Under the pieces are notes generated by a model, which saw only the letters and a list, made by a program, of their open reading frames with translations, made no database searches and was not told the DNA's origin. The translations under genes were made by a program, and so were the position numbers. DNA of 64,000 nt from Candidatus Anstonellales archaeon (GTDB taxonomy: Archaea > Micrarchaeota > Micrarchaeia > Anstonellales > J096): positions 288,001 to 352,000 of the forward strand of contig JAWACY010000001.1 of NCBI GenBank assembly GCA_038896535.1, in the 5' to 3' direction. Numbering within the stretch: position 1 is the first letter of the stretch; every line of letters starts with the position of its first letter. Shown piece after piece: positions 19,600-30,064 of this stretch.

Positions 19600-20313
19600 A
19601 TGAAAGACTATGAAGCGCAAAATAAATTTTATAATGAGAAAGTTCTGAGTAAATTTACTTCTTTGTTAGTGCAGCATTACAATATGGATGAAAAAGAAGC
19701 TAGCATAAGATCTGAAAAGCTGTTTAAGTTATTTAGCGATTGGGCTGGAGCAAATTGCATTGGGCTTAGTTTTTTTATTTCAATATCATATCACCAAAGA
19801 CAAATTATAATAGCGCATTTTGTTGATGAGAAAATAAATATAAAAGAAGAAGAAAAATCAAAATTCATCCATTTTATGTTAGAATCCTTGAGCTTTTTGA
19901 ACAGTAAAGAGAAATCAATGCTTAGCAATGAAGAAGTTAAAAAAGGAGGAAATAAAAATCATTTAATTGATGATGCCAAGCAATTTTATTCTATATTGAA
20001 AACAAGATTAAGTGATGAAGAGGCAAAAGCAATAACAGATGAGTTGGAAGCTTGGACAAAAAGAATAGGCATAAAAATTGACTGGCTTGTAAGAAGGCCC
20101 ATAAATGAAATAAGGACATTTATTAATGCATTTATGAATAATTCTTATCCGTTCGGCATAAAAGATGCAAGGGATAGAGAAGAATATTATGAAGTAATAA
20201 TACATGCAATAAGCAACATGAAAAAAGAATTGCTAAGTGAAGTAAATAAAGTAATAAGAACAGAAGGTAATAATGAAAAAGGAACAGTTGAAAAGGAACA
20301 GTTGAAGAGATAA
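19600..20313 (+). CDS. Hypothetical helical protein
   Basis: 237-aa ORF, no motif recognised. Confidence 0.65.
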   Translation: MKDYEAQNKFYNEKVLSKFTSLLVQHYNMDEKEASIRSEKLFKLFSDWAGANCIGLSFFISISYHQRQIIIAHFVDEKINIKEEEKSKFIHFMLESLSFLNSKEKSMLSNEEVKKGGNKNHLIDDAKQFYSILKTRLSDEEAKAITDELEAWTKRIGIKIDWLVRRPINEIRTFINAFMNNSYPFGIKDARDREEYYEVIIHAISNMKKELLSEVNKVIRTEGNNEKGTVEKEQLKR

Positions 20314-20565
20314 AGAAATTAAAGAGATAAAGAAATTAGATATATGGGGTTAAATATATTGGTTAATATTGTTTGGCATAAAACATAGAGAGCATAAGGG
20401 CATGTTGCTATGTTGTGAGACAATTATCTGCAAAAGAGAAAATTAAATAAAAAATAAAAATGAGAATAAAAAGGGATGATAAATAATAAAGGCAAATGAA
20501 GCCCATATTTTTATCTTTTTTTGTCTTAATCTTATCTTATCTGTTTTAATCTTATTTACTCTTAT

Positions 20566-21090
20566 TTACTCAGTAGTCTGTGTTACTGGCTTCAATGATA
20601 ACTTACTTTCATAACTTTTTATTAAAGCAAATCCGGCATCAAAGTCCAGTGTGCAAAGAACCAATTTAACGTTTCCTCTGCTGGTTTCTATTACTAATGC
20701 TTGGCCAACCTTTATCTCTGTTTTCACTGGAGGTAAGCCAGACTCATTGTCATAAACAAATGCTGTTATATGCTCTTTCTTTGTTGAAAAATCTTCATTG
20801 CTCATACCAAGTTTCAATTGTGCATCATTATTGAGATTTGTTTCATAAAATCCAGGTATTTTGAATGCAACCATATTCTTTTCAGATAAATCAACAACCT
20901 TTTCTTCTCCTTTTTGATATACAATTACAGGGCATTCGTTCTTAGCATTTTGAATATCTAACCTTGGCCCGCATGTGTAAACAAGAGCTAATAATGGCAA
21001 AAGTAAATTAAATCTCTTTCCATTATTCTCACTAGTTTTACTTTTATTATCTTGCTTAACAATATCAAAGTTTAATCTGCTTATTTTCAT
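20566..21090 (-). CDS. Hypothetical exported (lipoprotein-like) protein
   Basis: Hydrophobic stretch ending LVYTCG; GGTGGA SD; likely cotranscribed with the upstream ORF. Confidence 0.65.
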   Translation of the reverse strand: MKISRLNFDIVKQDNKSKTSENNGKRFNLLLPLLALVYTCGPRLDIQNAKNECPVIVYQKGEEKVVDLSEKNMVAFKIPGFYETNLNNDAQLKLGMSNEDFSTKKEHITAFVYDNESGLPPVKTEIKVGQALVIETSRGNVKLVLCTLDFDAGFALIKSYESKLSLKPVTQTTE

Positions 21091-21100
21091 TATTCCACCT

Positions 21101-22897
21101 CTATTCAGTTATTCTAGCATATAATCTTATTCTATCTATTCCTATAGCCCCATTTTGATTTGATGTGCTGAATTCAACATAATCAACTTGTGATTGGAAA
21201 GGCAAGCCATTTGCAATGCCAGGAGTTAATAATACTTCTTCTCCAAGAACAGCGAAAACTCCTGATTTGCCTTCTGGATCTTGTCTTGTCCTTGCATCTA
21301 GTAATGCTATTCTTATTTGCTTGCCAAAAACATCAATATCTGCTGGCATAGAATCAACGCTAAACCAGACAGCAGGGCTTATCATTCCATTTCTTTCAAA
21401 TGTGGCTTTAACCCATGTGTCGTTATTGTAATGTAAAACATCTTCAACCCTAACTACGATGTCTTCATATACAAATGGCTGTGATTCTGTTGCAATTGAT
21501 ACTGCCTTTAATTCATAAAACCTTGCTGATAAAGATGCTTGTGATGTTGTATCAACACTGTATAACATATAATCTTTTCCAAATAGCCTATAAGTAAATG
21601 CTGCTGATTTTAGCAATATATTTACTTGCTCATCTCTTTTATTTATTGCCGATATTGTATTTGTCAATGGTTGATTAAATTGTATATCGACATAAGCAAC
21701 ATCAGATACAGGGCTTACTTTGACAAAGCTCAAGCTTGGAGAAAATGCATTATAATAGTAAGTATTGCCAATATACTTAGGGAACCAAGTAAATGAATTA
21801 TTGTATTGCTCAATCATCATTCCAGCACTGTTTTGTAGTGTCAATGAATCTCTATTGAATATAACTCCATCATTTACACTAAGAACAGTTGCGCAATAAA
21901 TGAACTCATTATAAAGTCTGGTAAAGCACTCTCTGCTGCCCTCTTCTAATCTTGAGTATGTCCTCTGCAATGTTTCTGATAAAAGTTCTAATGTTGCTGC
22001 TGAATAATATGTTGTCGATACTTCTGAAACCCTTAATGCATATGGGCTTTGTCCTATTATGTCACTAACAACATACCACCTGCCTTGATAAACAGATTGC
22101 TGTGATAAAGGATCATAAACCTTTGTTGTTTGAGTTATTGCTGATGCTGGATCTGCAAAAGAAAGCTCTATTGCTAATGGGTTGTATGGAGCAACAAATA
22201 CTGCAAAGTATTGCCTAGTATTGCATCCATACAATGAAAAGAAATCATTTAATGGCGTTGTTTGAGAAATATCAGAGTATTTAAGTATTGGCATGCCCCT
22301 TGGGTTTATGTCTTCAAATGTTAAATCGCATCCATCAACGTTTATGCTTGAATCCAAATTTACTGTCGTTGTATTTACTAATGAATAGCCACCAGATGAG
22401 CTTCCAGATGAACTTCCTCCTGAAGAGCTTCCTGAAGAACTGCCAGAAGAACTGCCAGAAGAGCTGCCAGAAGAGCTGCCAGATGAAGAGCTGCTAGATG
22501 AGCCACCAGATGAGCTTCCAGATGAACTTCCTGAGGAACTGCTTGAAGAACTCCCCCCTGAAGAGCTGCTAGATGCGCCTCCAGATGAGCTTGAGCTTCC
22601 GGAACCAGAAGAAGATTGGCCTGGTTGTCCATTATCAACTAATAATAATTTTTCTGCATTATTTTGTGGTTGTAATTCTTTTCTTCCACAAGAGCTTGTA
22701 AGCGTTAGAAAACCAAGAAAAGCCCCTAAAGCTAAACCCTTAGCCCATTTTTTTATTCCATTATTTTTGCCATTTCCTTTATCATGTTTAAAAGAAGCGC
22801 TAAAGCCCCTATTTTCACTATTGCCCCTATCTTCACTATTTTCTATATTGTCACTAAATAATAAATTTGATTTATTTGTTTTATTTTTAAAAACCAT
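21101..22897 (-). CDS. Exported beta-rich protein with long Ser/Gly linker
   Basis: TM/lipobox-like LTLTSSCG, about 78-residue S/G tract, beta-rich C-terminal region. Confidence 0.75.
   Translation of the reverse strand: MVFKNKTNKSNLLFSDNIENSEDRGNSENRGFSASFKHDKGNGKNNGIKKWAKGLALGAFLGFLTLTSSCGRKELQPQNNAEKLLLVDNGQPGQSSSGSGSSSSSGGASSSSSGGSSSSSSSGSSSGSSSGGSSSSSSSGSSSGSSSGSSSGSSSGSSSGGSSSGSSSGGYSLVNTTTVNLDSSINVDGCDLTFEDINPRGMPILKYSDISQTTPLNDFFSLYGCNTRQYFAVFVAPYNPLAIELSFADPASAITQTTKVYDPLSQQSVYQGRWYVVSDIIGQSPYALRVSEVSTTYYSAATLELLSETLQRTYSRLEEGSRECFTRLYNEFIYCATVLSVNDGVIFNRDSLTLQNSAGMMIEQYNNSFTWFPKYIGNTYYYNAFSPSLSFVKVSPVSDVAYVDIQFNQPLTNTISAINKRDEQVNILLKSAAFTYRLFGKDYMLYSVDTTSQASLSARFYELKAVSIATESQPFVYEDIVVRVEDVLHYNNDTWVKATFERNGMISPAVWFSVDSMPADIDVFGKQIRIALLDARTRQDPEGKSGVFAVLGEEVLLTPGIANGLPFQSQVDYVEFSTSNQNGAIGIDRIRLYARITE
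22388..22620 (-). repeat. Coding low-complexity Ser/Gly repeat
   Basis: Tandem 12-mers such as GAAGAACTGCCA and GAAGAGCTGCCA on the + strand, encoding SGSS/SSSG. Confidence 0.9.
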
Positions 22898-22993
22898 GTT
22901 ATTATTTATGGATGGAAATATTTAAAAATGTTTGTGTTATTAAAGTTGGATTAAAAGATACCTTTTTAAAATTATCGTTATAACAATATTTTC

Positions 22994-24634
22994 ATGAATG
23001 GCTCAAAACTATTGTTTATCAAAACAATTTTATTAGTGATAGCAATTGTAAATATAGGGTTTAGCACAGTTATAATAAATTTTGTTCAACCAACTCCGAC
23101 GAATGATAATTTAAATAATATACCAACAGTGAATGTAAGTGCAACAACAGATAACGGGGCAATAAGTGTAATAGAAGCTTATGTTAATGATGTGCTTGTA
23201 AAGAGATGTTTGAATACAAATACATGCTATGTTTTGCCTGATGAAACTGGGGTTAATATAACAAGCACTGGTTTTATTAATTATAAATTTACCGCCATAA
23301 CAACAGCAGCAGAGAGTAAAACAATAAGCAAATCATTCTTTATAGATAAAGTGGCCCCAGATATAAAGTTTAGTTTCCCAACCCCAAATGAAAATGCAGT
23401 AGTTAATGGGACAATAACAATAAATGCAGAAGGAAAAGACAATAGTGCGGGCACAGGCATTGCGAATGTATCCATATTTATTGATGGTAATTTATTGACT
23501 CAATGCATTAATAATGATCCTTTTGCTCCACCCTCATTAGCTTGCAATGTAACAATAAATACTGCACAATATAATGATGGTAATCATACAATAAATGTTA
23601 TTGCATATGACGTTGTAGGTAATACTGGGACAAAAACAAGAATAATTAATTTTGATAATAATCTGCCATTTATTACATTTTCTCCACCAACTCCATCAAA
23701 TAATTCTGCATTCAGTATTGGAGCTATTTTAGTCATAAATGCAACATCAACATCACAAGATTTGAGGAGCATCGATATTTTTATAGACAATAATCTTGTG
23801 TATTCATGCAATGCCATTATTTGCGCTTATTCTTGGAACACTACAAGTTTTGCTGCAGGGCAACACAGCTTTTATGCAAGCGCAACAGATAATTATGGAA
23901 ATGTTAATAATACTGAAACTAGGTTTATAACACTTTCTCAATCAACTGGAGGAACTGGAGGAGGCGGTGGAAGCAGTGGAGGAAGCATTGGAAGTGGAAA
24001 TAATAATGGAGAGAGCGGCATAATGCTTATAGTAACAAACAAATTATGCCCAGAAAATAAGATACAATTCAAAGTAAAAGACATAAATGGCACTAGCATA
24101 GCAAATGCTGAGATAAGAGTAACTAAAAAAGGCTCAGTAATTCCAGATACATTCCTTACAGATAATAATGGCATTGCTTATTATACAATAAAAGAAAATG
24201 CAACATATTCAGTAAGTGTAAATGCAAATGGTTATAGCAGCAAAACCTTTGAGCTGAGCATTTCATTATGCAGTTTAGAAGAGAAAAATGAGACAATAGG
24301 GGAATTTTTGAATGCAACAGTCAATAAAAGCATAAATGAAAGCACGAATGAGAGCAAAAATGAGAGTAAGGAAAATACATCGGAGAATAAGCTAGAAGGA
24401 AAAAATGAAACAAATAGCAATACTAATGTTGGCATTAAAGAAAATTTATCAGAAGTCAGGAATGAAACGAACAATGAAGAGAATAAAGAAAGAATAAGCA
24501 GTAATGCTGGTAATAACATTGGCTTTAACTTTTCTGGAGTAGTAGATACAATAAAGACATTAGCATTGTTTGCAGTGCCAATTGCAGTTTTGTTTGTTGC
24601 AAGAGCTTTGTTCAGAAGGTTTATAATGCCCTGA
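22994..24634 (+). CDS. Cell-surface protein with tandem Ig-like domains and C-terminal TM anchor
   Basis: Signal peptide; three repeats of F..PTP.....IN....IF(I/V)DG.L...C; Gly/Ser linker; Asn/Glu-rich stalk; C-terminal TM plus basic tail. Confidence 0.8.
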   Translation: MNGSKLLFIKTILLVIAIVNIGFSTVIINFVQPTPTNDNLNNIPTVNVSATTDNGAISVIEAYVNDVLVKRCLNTNTCYVLPDETGVNITSTGFINYKFTAITTAAESKTISKSFFIDKVAPDIKFSFPTPNENAVVNGTITINAEGKDNSAGTGIANVSIFIDGNLLTQCINNDPFAPPSLACNVTINTAQYNDGNHTINVIAYDVVGNTGTKTRIINFDNNLPFITFSPPTPSNNSAFSIGAILVINATSTSQDLRSIDIFIDNNLVYSCNAIICAYSWNTTSFAAGQHSFYASATDNYGNVNNTETRFITLSQSTGGTGGGGGSSGGSIGSGNNNGESGIMLIVTNKLCPENKIQFKVKDINGTSIANAEIRVTKKGSVIPDTFLTDNNGIAYYTIKENATYSVSVNANGYSSKTFELSISLCSLEEKNETIGEFLNATVNKSINESTNESKNESKENTSENKLEGKNETNSNTNVGIKENLSEVRNETNNEENKERISSNAGNNIGFNFSGVVDTIKTLALFAVPIAVLFVARALFRRFIMP

Positions 24635-25766
24635 CAATTTCTCTAATGTCATCAGCTCTTTTATCTAAATATGAAATACATTCTTTTATTTTTTTATCGT
24701 GTTTTTTTGTGAACGCCCCATTATTTATAATGTTTTGATTATTTATTGATACTTGTTTTATATTCTTTTTATTTCCATTATATATTAAATTATTGTAAGG
24801 GTCATAAAATGGCACATTATTTATTGACAGTTCAAAAATGACATTAGCGTTTGCATTGCATGTAGCAGAATAAAAAAGTTCTTTTAAATCTGGTAATGAA
24901 GCATCCCAATACCTATGTTTTTGTAATAATGCAGCAAGCTTTAATTCATTAAACATATCAAGTGCATTATTGCTAGCCACAGAATCTGTGCCTATGGCAA
25001 TGTTAGCATTATATTTCTGAAATTCATGCAATGGGCATATGCCGCCAGTAGCGAGTTTTAAATTACTTGTAGGGCAATGCACAATCAATGCCTTTTTTTC
25101 AGCAAGCAATTTTATCTCTCTTAATGTTACCCATGAAGCATGAGCCAAAACAGTATTGCTATCTATAACGCCCAAGTCAAGTAAAAATTCAGCAGGCCTT
25201 TTTTTGAATTTTTGTAATGAATATACAAGCTCTTCTCTTGTTTCTGCTAAATGTATGTGCAATAATGTGCTATGTTCTTTTGCGATTTCATAAGCTTCTT
25301 TGATAAGCTCTTTATCTGCTTTATATATTGAATGCAATGCTATGCATGGTTTTACATGCTTATATTTTTTATTCAAAAATGTTTTTGCTTTTTTTAAGTC
25401 ATTTGATAGGGCAACATCATAGCAAACATAACCATTTATCCCTACATCTTCTGCTGCTTTTGCTATTTGCTCAACATGTTTCCAATACATATCGTTAAAA
25501 AGCACTACCCCGCTCTCTATCATTTCATAAAAACCAATTAAAGAGCTGTAATAAATGTCCCTTTCATTAAGCTGCTCTTCAATAGGCCAAACAATATTTT
25601 TAAGCCAGTCATGTAAGTTTAGGTTTTCAGCTATCCCTCTAAGCAATGTCATGGCAACATGAGTATGAGCATTATAAAAACCTGGAAATAATAAAATTCT
25701 ATCATCTTTAGCATTATTGCTTTTTCTTTTTACCCAATCCTTTTTTTCTCTTATATAGACAAGCAT
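24621..25766 (-). CDS. Amidohydrolase, MTA/SAH deaminase-like
   Basis: PGFYNAHTH, HIHLAET, LAH, HCPTSNLKL, GTD..SNN. Confidence 0.88.
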   Translation of the reverse strand: MLVYIREKKDWVKRKSNNAKDDRILLFPGFYNAHTHVAMTLLRGIAENLNLHDWLKNIVWPIEEQLNERDIYYSSLIGFYEMIESGVVLFNDMYWKHVEQIAKAAEDVGINGYVCYDVALSNDLKKAKTFLNKKYKHVKPCIALHSIYKADKELIKEAYEIAKEHSTLLHIHLAETREELVYSLQKFKKRPAEFLLDLGVIDSNTVLAHASWVTLREIKLLAEKKALIVHCPTSNLKLATGGICPLHEFQKYNANIAIGTDSVASNNALDMFNELKLAALLQKHRYWDASLPDLKELFYSATCNANANVIFELSINNVPFYDPYNNLIYNGNKKNIKQVSINNQNIINNGAFTKKHDKKIKECISYLDKRADDIREIVRAL

Positions 25767-25814
25767 AAAATAAAAAATAAAATGATTTTTTAAAATCTTC
25801 CTATAAATGCCTTT

Positions 25815-26069
25815 TTATATTTGCTCTGGTAAATCTATATCGCTGCTATTATTTGCTATAACATCTGGGCTTGGCACTTCTTCTATTGGCACTTCTTCTA
25901 TTTGCTGTTGTATTGATATATTTTCAGGCAACTCTATGGCACTATTATTGTCTATAACAACTTCAGGATTTGGCAGAACTTCTTGTTGCATAGGCTTGAA
26001 AAATAGCAATGCAAACAATGCAATTAATGCCAATGCCCCTATTATAGCAATAATTAATTTCGTATCCAT
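25815..26069 (-). CDS. Small single-TM protein with acidic Pro-rich tail
   Basis: 84 aa with N-terminal TM. Confidence 0.65.
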   Translation of the reverse strand: MDTKLIIAIIGALALIALFALLFFKPMQQEVLPNPEVVIDNNSAIELPENISIQQQIEEVPIEEVPSPDVIANNSSDIDLPEQI

Positions 26070-26086
26070 TTGCTCACTCTTATAGC

Positions 26087-26899
26087 CTATTCATTAGATT
26101 CATTTTTCTCTTTTTCTGATTCATTTGCCTTCTCTCTTGTTTCTTTTCTTATCTCTATTATATCTTTCCTTATTTCCTTCAATTCTTTTACTATTTCATT
26201 TGGCTCTTTTTGTTCTGCTGTATTTATCACTGATTCGATCCTTGATATTATCTCTGCTTTGCCTGGAAACTCTGGTCTTGCTTGTAATCTCTCTAAATAA
26301 AGGGCTGCAACATGTTTTAATGCAAGTCTTGCATGTATTTTTGCCCCCTCTCTTACAGCGTCTTTAACTTCGCCATAAACTGCTCTGAGCTCTTCTAAAG
26401 ATGATGCTGCTTCGACTCTTGCCTTTAATGCCTCTAATTTATTTATCTCTTCTTCGCTTGCATTAACACTCTGTAATCTCTCTTCAAGCTTTGATATTGC
26501 TGTTAAAACAAGCTCCTTTGTTCTATTTAAATACATGCTGCAGTTCCCTTGTTTTTCACAAAGCCCCTTTGCTTCTTTCCATTTTTCTTTTACCTCCTCA
26601 TACTTCTCTTTTGTCTCTTTTAATTTATCTATGACTCTTAAAACCTGCATGCCTTTTATGGATTTTGCCCATTCTGCCCTTACTTGGCCAGATTTTTCTA
26701 TTGTTTTTGCTTGCTCGCTGATATTTTTCCCTAATGCAATATTACTTGCACTTTTGCTCTCATTCGTGCTCTTATTAACTGCCTCATTGCTCGTTGGTGT
26801 TTTCACTACTTCATTCATGCCTGCATTTTCTGCTGCATTTGCAAAAACAAAACCAAGCAAAAGCAATGCAGCAAAAAATGAAAAAATTGCCTTTTTCAT
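26087..26899 (-). CDS. Exported helical/coiled-coil protein
   Basis: Signal peptide, Glu/Lys-rich helices, GGTGA SD. Confidence 0.75.
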   Translation of the reverse strand: MKKAIFSFFAALLLLGFVFANAAENAGMNEVVKTPTSNEAVNKSTNESKSASNIALGKNISEQAKTIEKSGQVRAEWAKSIKGMQVLRVIDKLKETKEKYEEVKEKWKEAKGLCEKQGNCSMYLNRTKELVLTAISKLEERLQSVNASEEEINKLEALKARVEAASSLEELRAVYGEVKDAVREGAKIHARLALKHVAALYLERLQARPEFPGKAEIISRIESVINTAEQKEPNEIVKELKEIRKDIIEIRKETREKANESEKEKNESNE

Positions 26900-26976
26900 T
26901 TTATCACCAAAATTTCAATGCTTGAAATTATATTTAAATAAATATTTTACCATAGTTTCAAAATATGAAACTGTCA

Positions 26977-27549
26977 TTAAATTATGCCCAGTTTTTTACA
27001 TCTATCAATAACATTATCGCTAAGCCTTATAAGATTCATTCTTGTGCTTCTATCAACAATAATAAGCCCCTTTTTTTCTAATTTTTCAACAAGCCTAGTC
27101 ATATCAACTTTATTTAAGTTTAATTCTTTTCTTAAATGAAATTGATATGCTTGGCCTTTATTTATTAAAAGCTGTCTGAAAAATTCTTTCTCTTTACCAG
27201 AAAGAAGAAACAATGCATCATCAACAACAAATTCTGCTCTTTTCTCAAAAAAATAAAAGCACAACGCAAAACCTATTATAAAACTTAATATGGATATTGC
27301 AATAAAACCAAATATGTTATATGATTCATTTTGTTTATTTATCTCTAATAATAACTTCAAATCTTCCTTTGACAATGTATCTATAATTTCTGGTTGAATA
27401 TCAAACTTTTTTGACAATGAATCAATATAAAGGGTTGCAGTTATTACAAATAATAAAAATAGCATAATGAGCAAAAATATTGCATATCTTTCTTTTTTTG
27501 GGATATTATTCGCCAGACTATTTATTAAATTTCTTATTTTAGATACCAT
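26977..27549 (-). CDS. Membrane-anchored winged-HTH (MarR-like) protein
   Basis: Two TM helices then L...EK......G...Q..L...LNLNKV.MTRLVEKLEKKGLI. Confidence 0.78.
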   Translation of the reverse strand: MVSKIRNLINSLANNIPKKERYAIFLLIMLFLLFVITATLYIDSLSKKFDIQPEIIDTLSKEDLKLLLEINKQNESYNIFGFIAISILSFIIGFALCFYFFEKRAEFVVDDALFLLSGKEKEFFRQLLINKGQAYQFHLRKELNLNKVDMTRLVEKLEKKGLIIVDRSTRMNLIRLSDNVIDRCKKLGII

Positions 27550-27601
27550 AATTAAATTTATATGTTGGGTTTTTAAACCCTTCTATTACTAAATTTATAA
27601 C

Positions 27602-28195
27602 ATGACAAAAGAACGTTTTGAAAATTCCTATTGTAGAAAAGTTATTTTGACAAGGGGCAAGGCAATTTCAATGATAAATGAGTTTTTTGTTGGATTTGAC
27701 GCTCCATATAAAGCATGGATATTCTCTAAATATAAGGATTTAGAAAAAAATGCAGACCTTGAAAGCTTGAGGAATTTTTTAGCAACTATGGAAATATTAA
27801 AAAGGCAGGGAAAGAAAAGCTTATATAATTACTTTTTAACTGGCCTTTATGTAGCTATCCCATTGGCAAAGCATGATAAAAAAATTGGCAGTGCATTTAT
27901 TGAAACATTGGAAAATTGCATGAAATGTAGTGCAAACAATAATATATTGGGCATTTGCATAGAAAACTTATTGGAGAATAAAAACCTTGATCATTCAAAA
28001 AATGAACTTGCTGGCATAATAAAAGTAGCATGTGAAACATTGAGCTTCATACTTGAGCAGCAAGAAGGAAGAAGAAAAAATATGCTTGTTTTATTTTATA
28101 ATATTCTAAAAAATGATGAACCGAAGCTATTATTGCAAAATATTGAAAGCATAAACATTACAGCGATGAGGAAATTAAAATCGCAATTCATTTAA
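27602..28195 (+). CDS. Hypothetical helical protein
   Basis: 197-aa ORF, no motif recognised. Confidence 0.6.
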   Translation: MTKERFENSYCRKVILTRGKAISMINEFFVGFDAPYKAWIFSKYKDLEKNADLESLRNFLATMEILKRQGKKSLYNYFLTGLYVAIPLAKHDKKIGSAFIETLENCMKCSANNNILGICIENLLENKNLDHSKNELAGIIKVACETLSFILEQQEGRRKNMLVLFYNILKNDEPKLLLQNIESINITAMRKLKSQFI

Positions 28196-28313
28196 GAGAA
28201 AAAATGCAAAGATCAAATAATAAGGCAAAAGGATTTGTTGTTACTTTTATTGATAGCAGAGCAGATATTTTTGTTATATAAATTTTAATATAAATTTTAT
28301 TTGATAACAATTT

Positions 28314-29429
28314 TTATTTCATACCAGATATTAAGACTTCCCTTACATTGTGAATGTGCCAATTTATTCTAGTTTTTCTTATCTTCCCTATCGTTATTTT
28401 TATATTTTTAAACCCTAAATCAGCCATAATATTAGCTATATCATTATCTATTTCAATACTCATGTTATGAATAAGTGCATTGCTAACATTATAGTAAATT
28501 TTACCACCTTTTTTTAATACCCTGTAAGCTTCATTAAAGAATTCTTTTGTTGCTTTAAGATAGGCATTAACAATCATTTCCTTATGCTCACCATAACTTC
28601 CTTTACCAGATAAAAACGATGGAAAAAGGGCCTTTCTAAGCTTTTTTGATGCATACTTATCTAATGTTAAAACAGCAAGTTCAATGCTATAAATTTTTGA
28701 ATAATCGACGTTGTTTATATATGGCGGGGAAGTTATTATAGTAGAAAACATGTCATTATTGAATGGCATATCTCTTGCATCGCCCAGATATGGCTTTGCT
28801 TTATAACATATTTTTCCAAGCTTTTCCTTTTCAGCTGTTATTTTCAAATCTTTTATCATTTTCTTTGCTTGCATTCTGTAAGCTTTATAAAAATCTGCAA
28901 CATTTTTTCTTTTATCAATCTTTAATACCCCTCCATCTTTTCTTATGTATGTTATAATAGGCAGTATTGATATCAAGCATAACAGAGCAAGTGCTTTTGC
29001 CTTTTCTAAATATTCTATTGCTTTTCTTGCTCTAAAAAAAGGCCTTATATTTCTTAAAGGCATTATGTCATAGAAACTAAAAAGCTCTGAATCAACATAT
29101 AGCTCATCTTTAAAATTTTTTAATTCATTTATAAAATGCTCAAATTCATCTATTTCTTCAATTTCATGTTTTGATGTTTTTGTTTTTGTAATGAAATATG
29201 ACAGCTCACTTATGTCAAGGCCATAACTATCTATGCAGCGTTCATTACAAGCGAGTAATGTTGTGCCAGAGCCCATAAATGGGTCTAACACTGGCTCTTT
29301 TATTTCTATAAAATCAAAAAGCCTTGGGGAAAAGCCCTCTTTATAATAAAACCACCTATGAACAGGCATGTTTTTTGCTTCTTCAAAAGAAAAGTATTTG
29401 CCAATTTCAAAATTATTTTCTATAAGCAT
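28314..29429 (-). CDS. Orphan DNA methyltransferase (probably N4-cytosine)
   Basis: PVHRWFYYKEGFS, LDPFMGSGTT (motif I), ITSPPY (motif IV). Confidence 0.85.
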   Translation of the reverse strand: MLIENNFEIGKYFSFEEAKNMPVHRWFYYKEGFSPRLFDFIEIKEPVLDPFMGSGTTLLACNERCIDSYGLDISELSYFITKTKTSKHEIEEIDEFEHFINELKNFKDELYVDSELFSFYDIMPLRNIRPFFRARKAIEYLEKAKALALLCLISILPIITYIRKDGGVLKIDKRKNVADFYKAYRMQAKKMIKDLKITAEKEKLGKICYKAKPYLGDARDMPFNNDMFSTIITSPPYINNVDYSKIYSIELAVLTLDKYASKKLRKALFPSFLSGKGSYGEHKEMIVNAYLKATKEFFNEAYRVLKKGGKIYYNVSNALIHNMSIEIDNDIANIMADLGFKNIKITIGKIRKTRINWHIHNVREVLISGMK

Positions 29430-29443
29430 GCTATCACTATTTT

Positions 29444-30064
29444 TTATTCAAGCCTTACAGCAATTGTTAATCTATAAACCCTTTTTCCCTGTTTTGCAGT
29501 ATGTAGTTTTCTTGATAATTTATAATTTTTTATACCAATGTTCGTTATTAAATTTAATAAAGCTTTAGAGCTTCCAACATATATGTTTATGCCCTCTTTA
29601 ATTTCTTCTATTTTTGATATGAATGTATGCCTTTTAAGCATTTTTATTATCATATTCGCAAATTGCTCTTGCTTTTCCTTTTCGCCCCTTATTTGCAATA
29701 TGCCCTCATAATAACTTCCCTTCTTCTTTAAACATTCATGGCATGTTACATAATTAAAATTAATGTTTATTGGCATTGTGTATTCAAAGTCCCCTTTTTC
29801 TCCTTCTATAACAATTATGGCCTCTTTGTTATTTATATCAACATATGCCTCTTTGAAATTACCTTTTATTTTTTTCGCTATCAAGCTTTCGAGCCCATTT
29901 ATTGTGAGTTGCTGCCATTTGTTATTAATGAAATATTTTCCGCAATTCTTGCACTGTTTTATATCAATAGATTTTGGCATTTTTACTTCTGGGACATAAC
30001 AAGAAGTGCAAAAAAGCCCAATTTCAGTTTCTTTTCCGCATTTAATACATTTTTCCATAAGCAA
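29444..30064 (-). CDS. nmd3: NMD3-family ribosome biogenesis protein
   Basis: Four CxxC pairs and [10 protein letters not shown]. Confidence 0.88.
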   Translation of the reverse strand: MLMEKCIKCGKETEIGLFCTSCYVPEVKMPKSIDIKQCKNCGKYFINNKWQQLTINGLESLIAKKIKGNFKEAYVDINNKEAIIVIEGEKGDFEYTMPININFNYVTCHECLKKKGSYYEGILQIRGEKEKQEQFANMIIKMLKRHTFISKIEEIKEGINIYVGSSKALLNLITNIGIKNYKLSRKLHTAKQGKRVYRLTIAVRLE

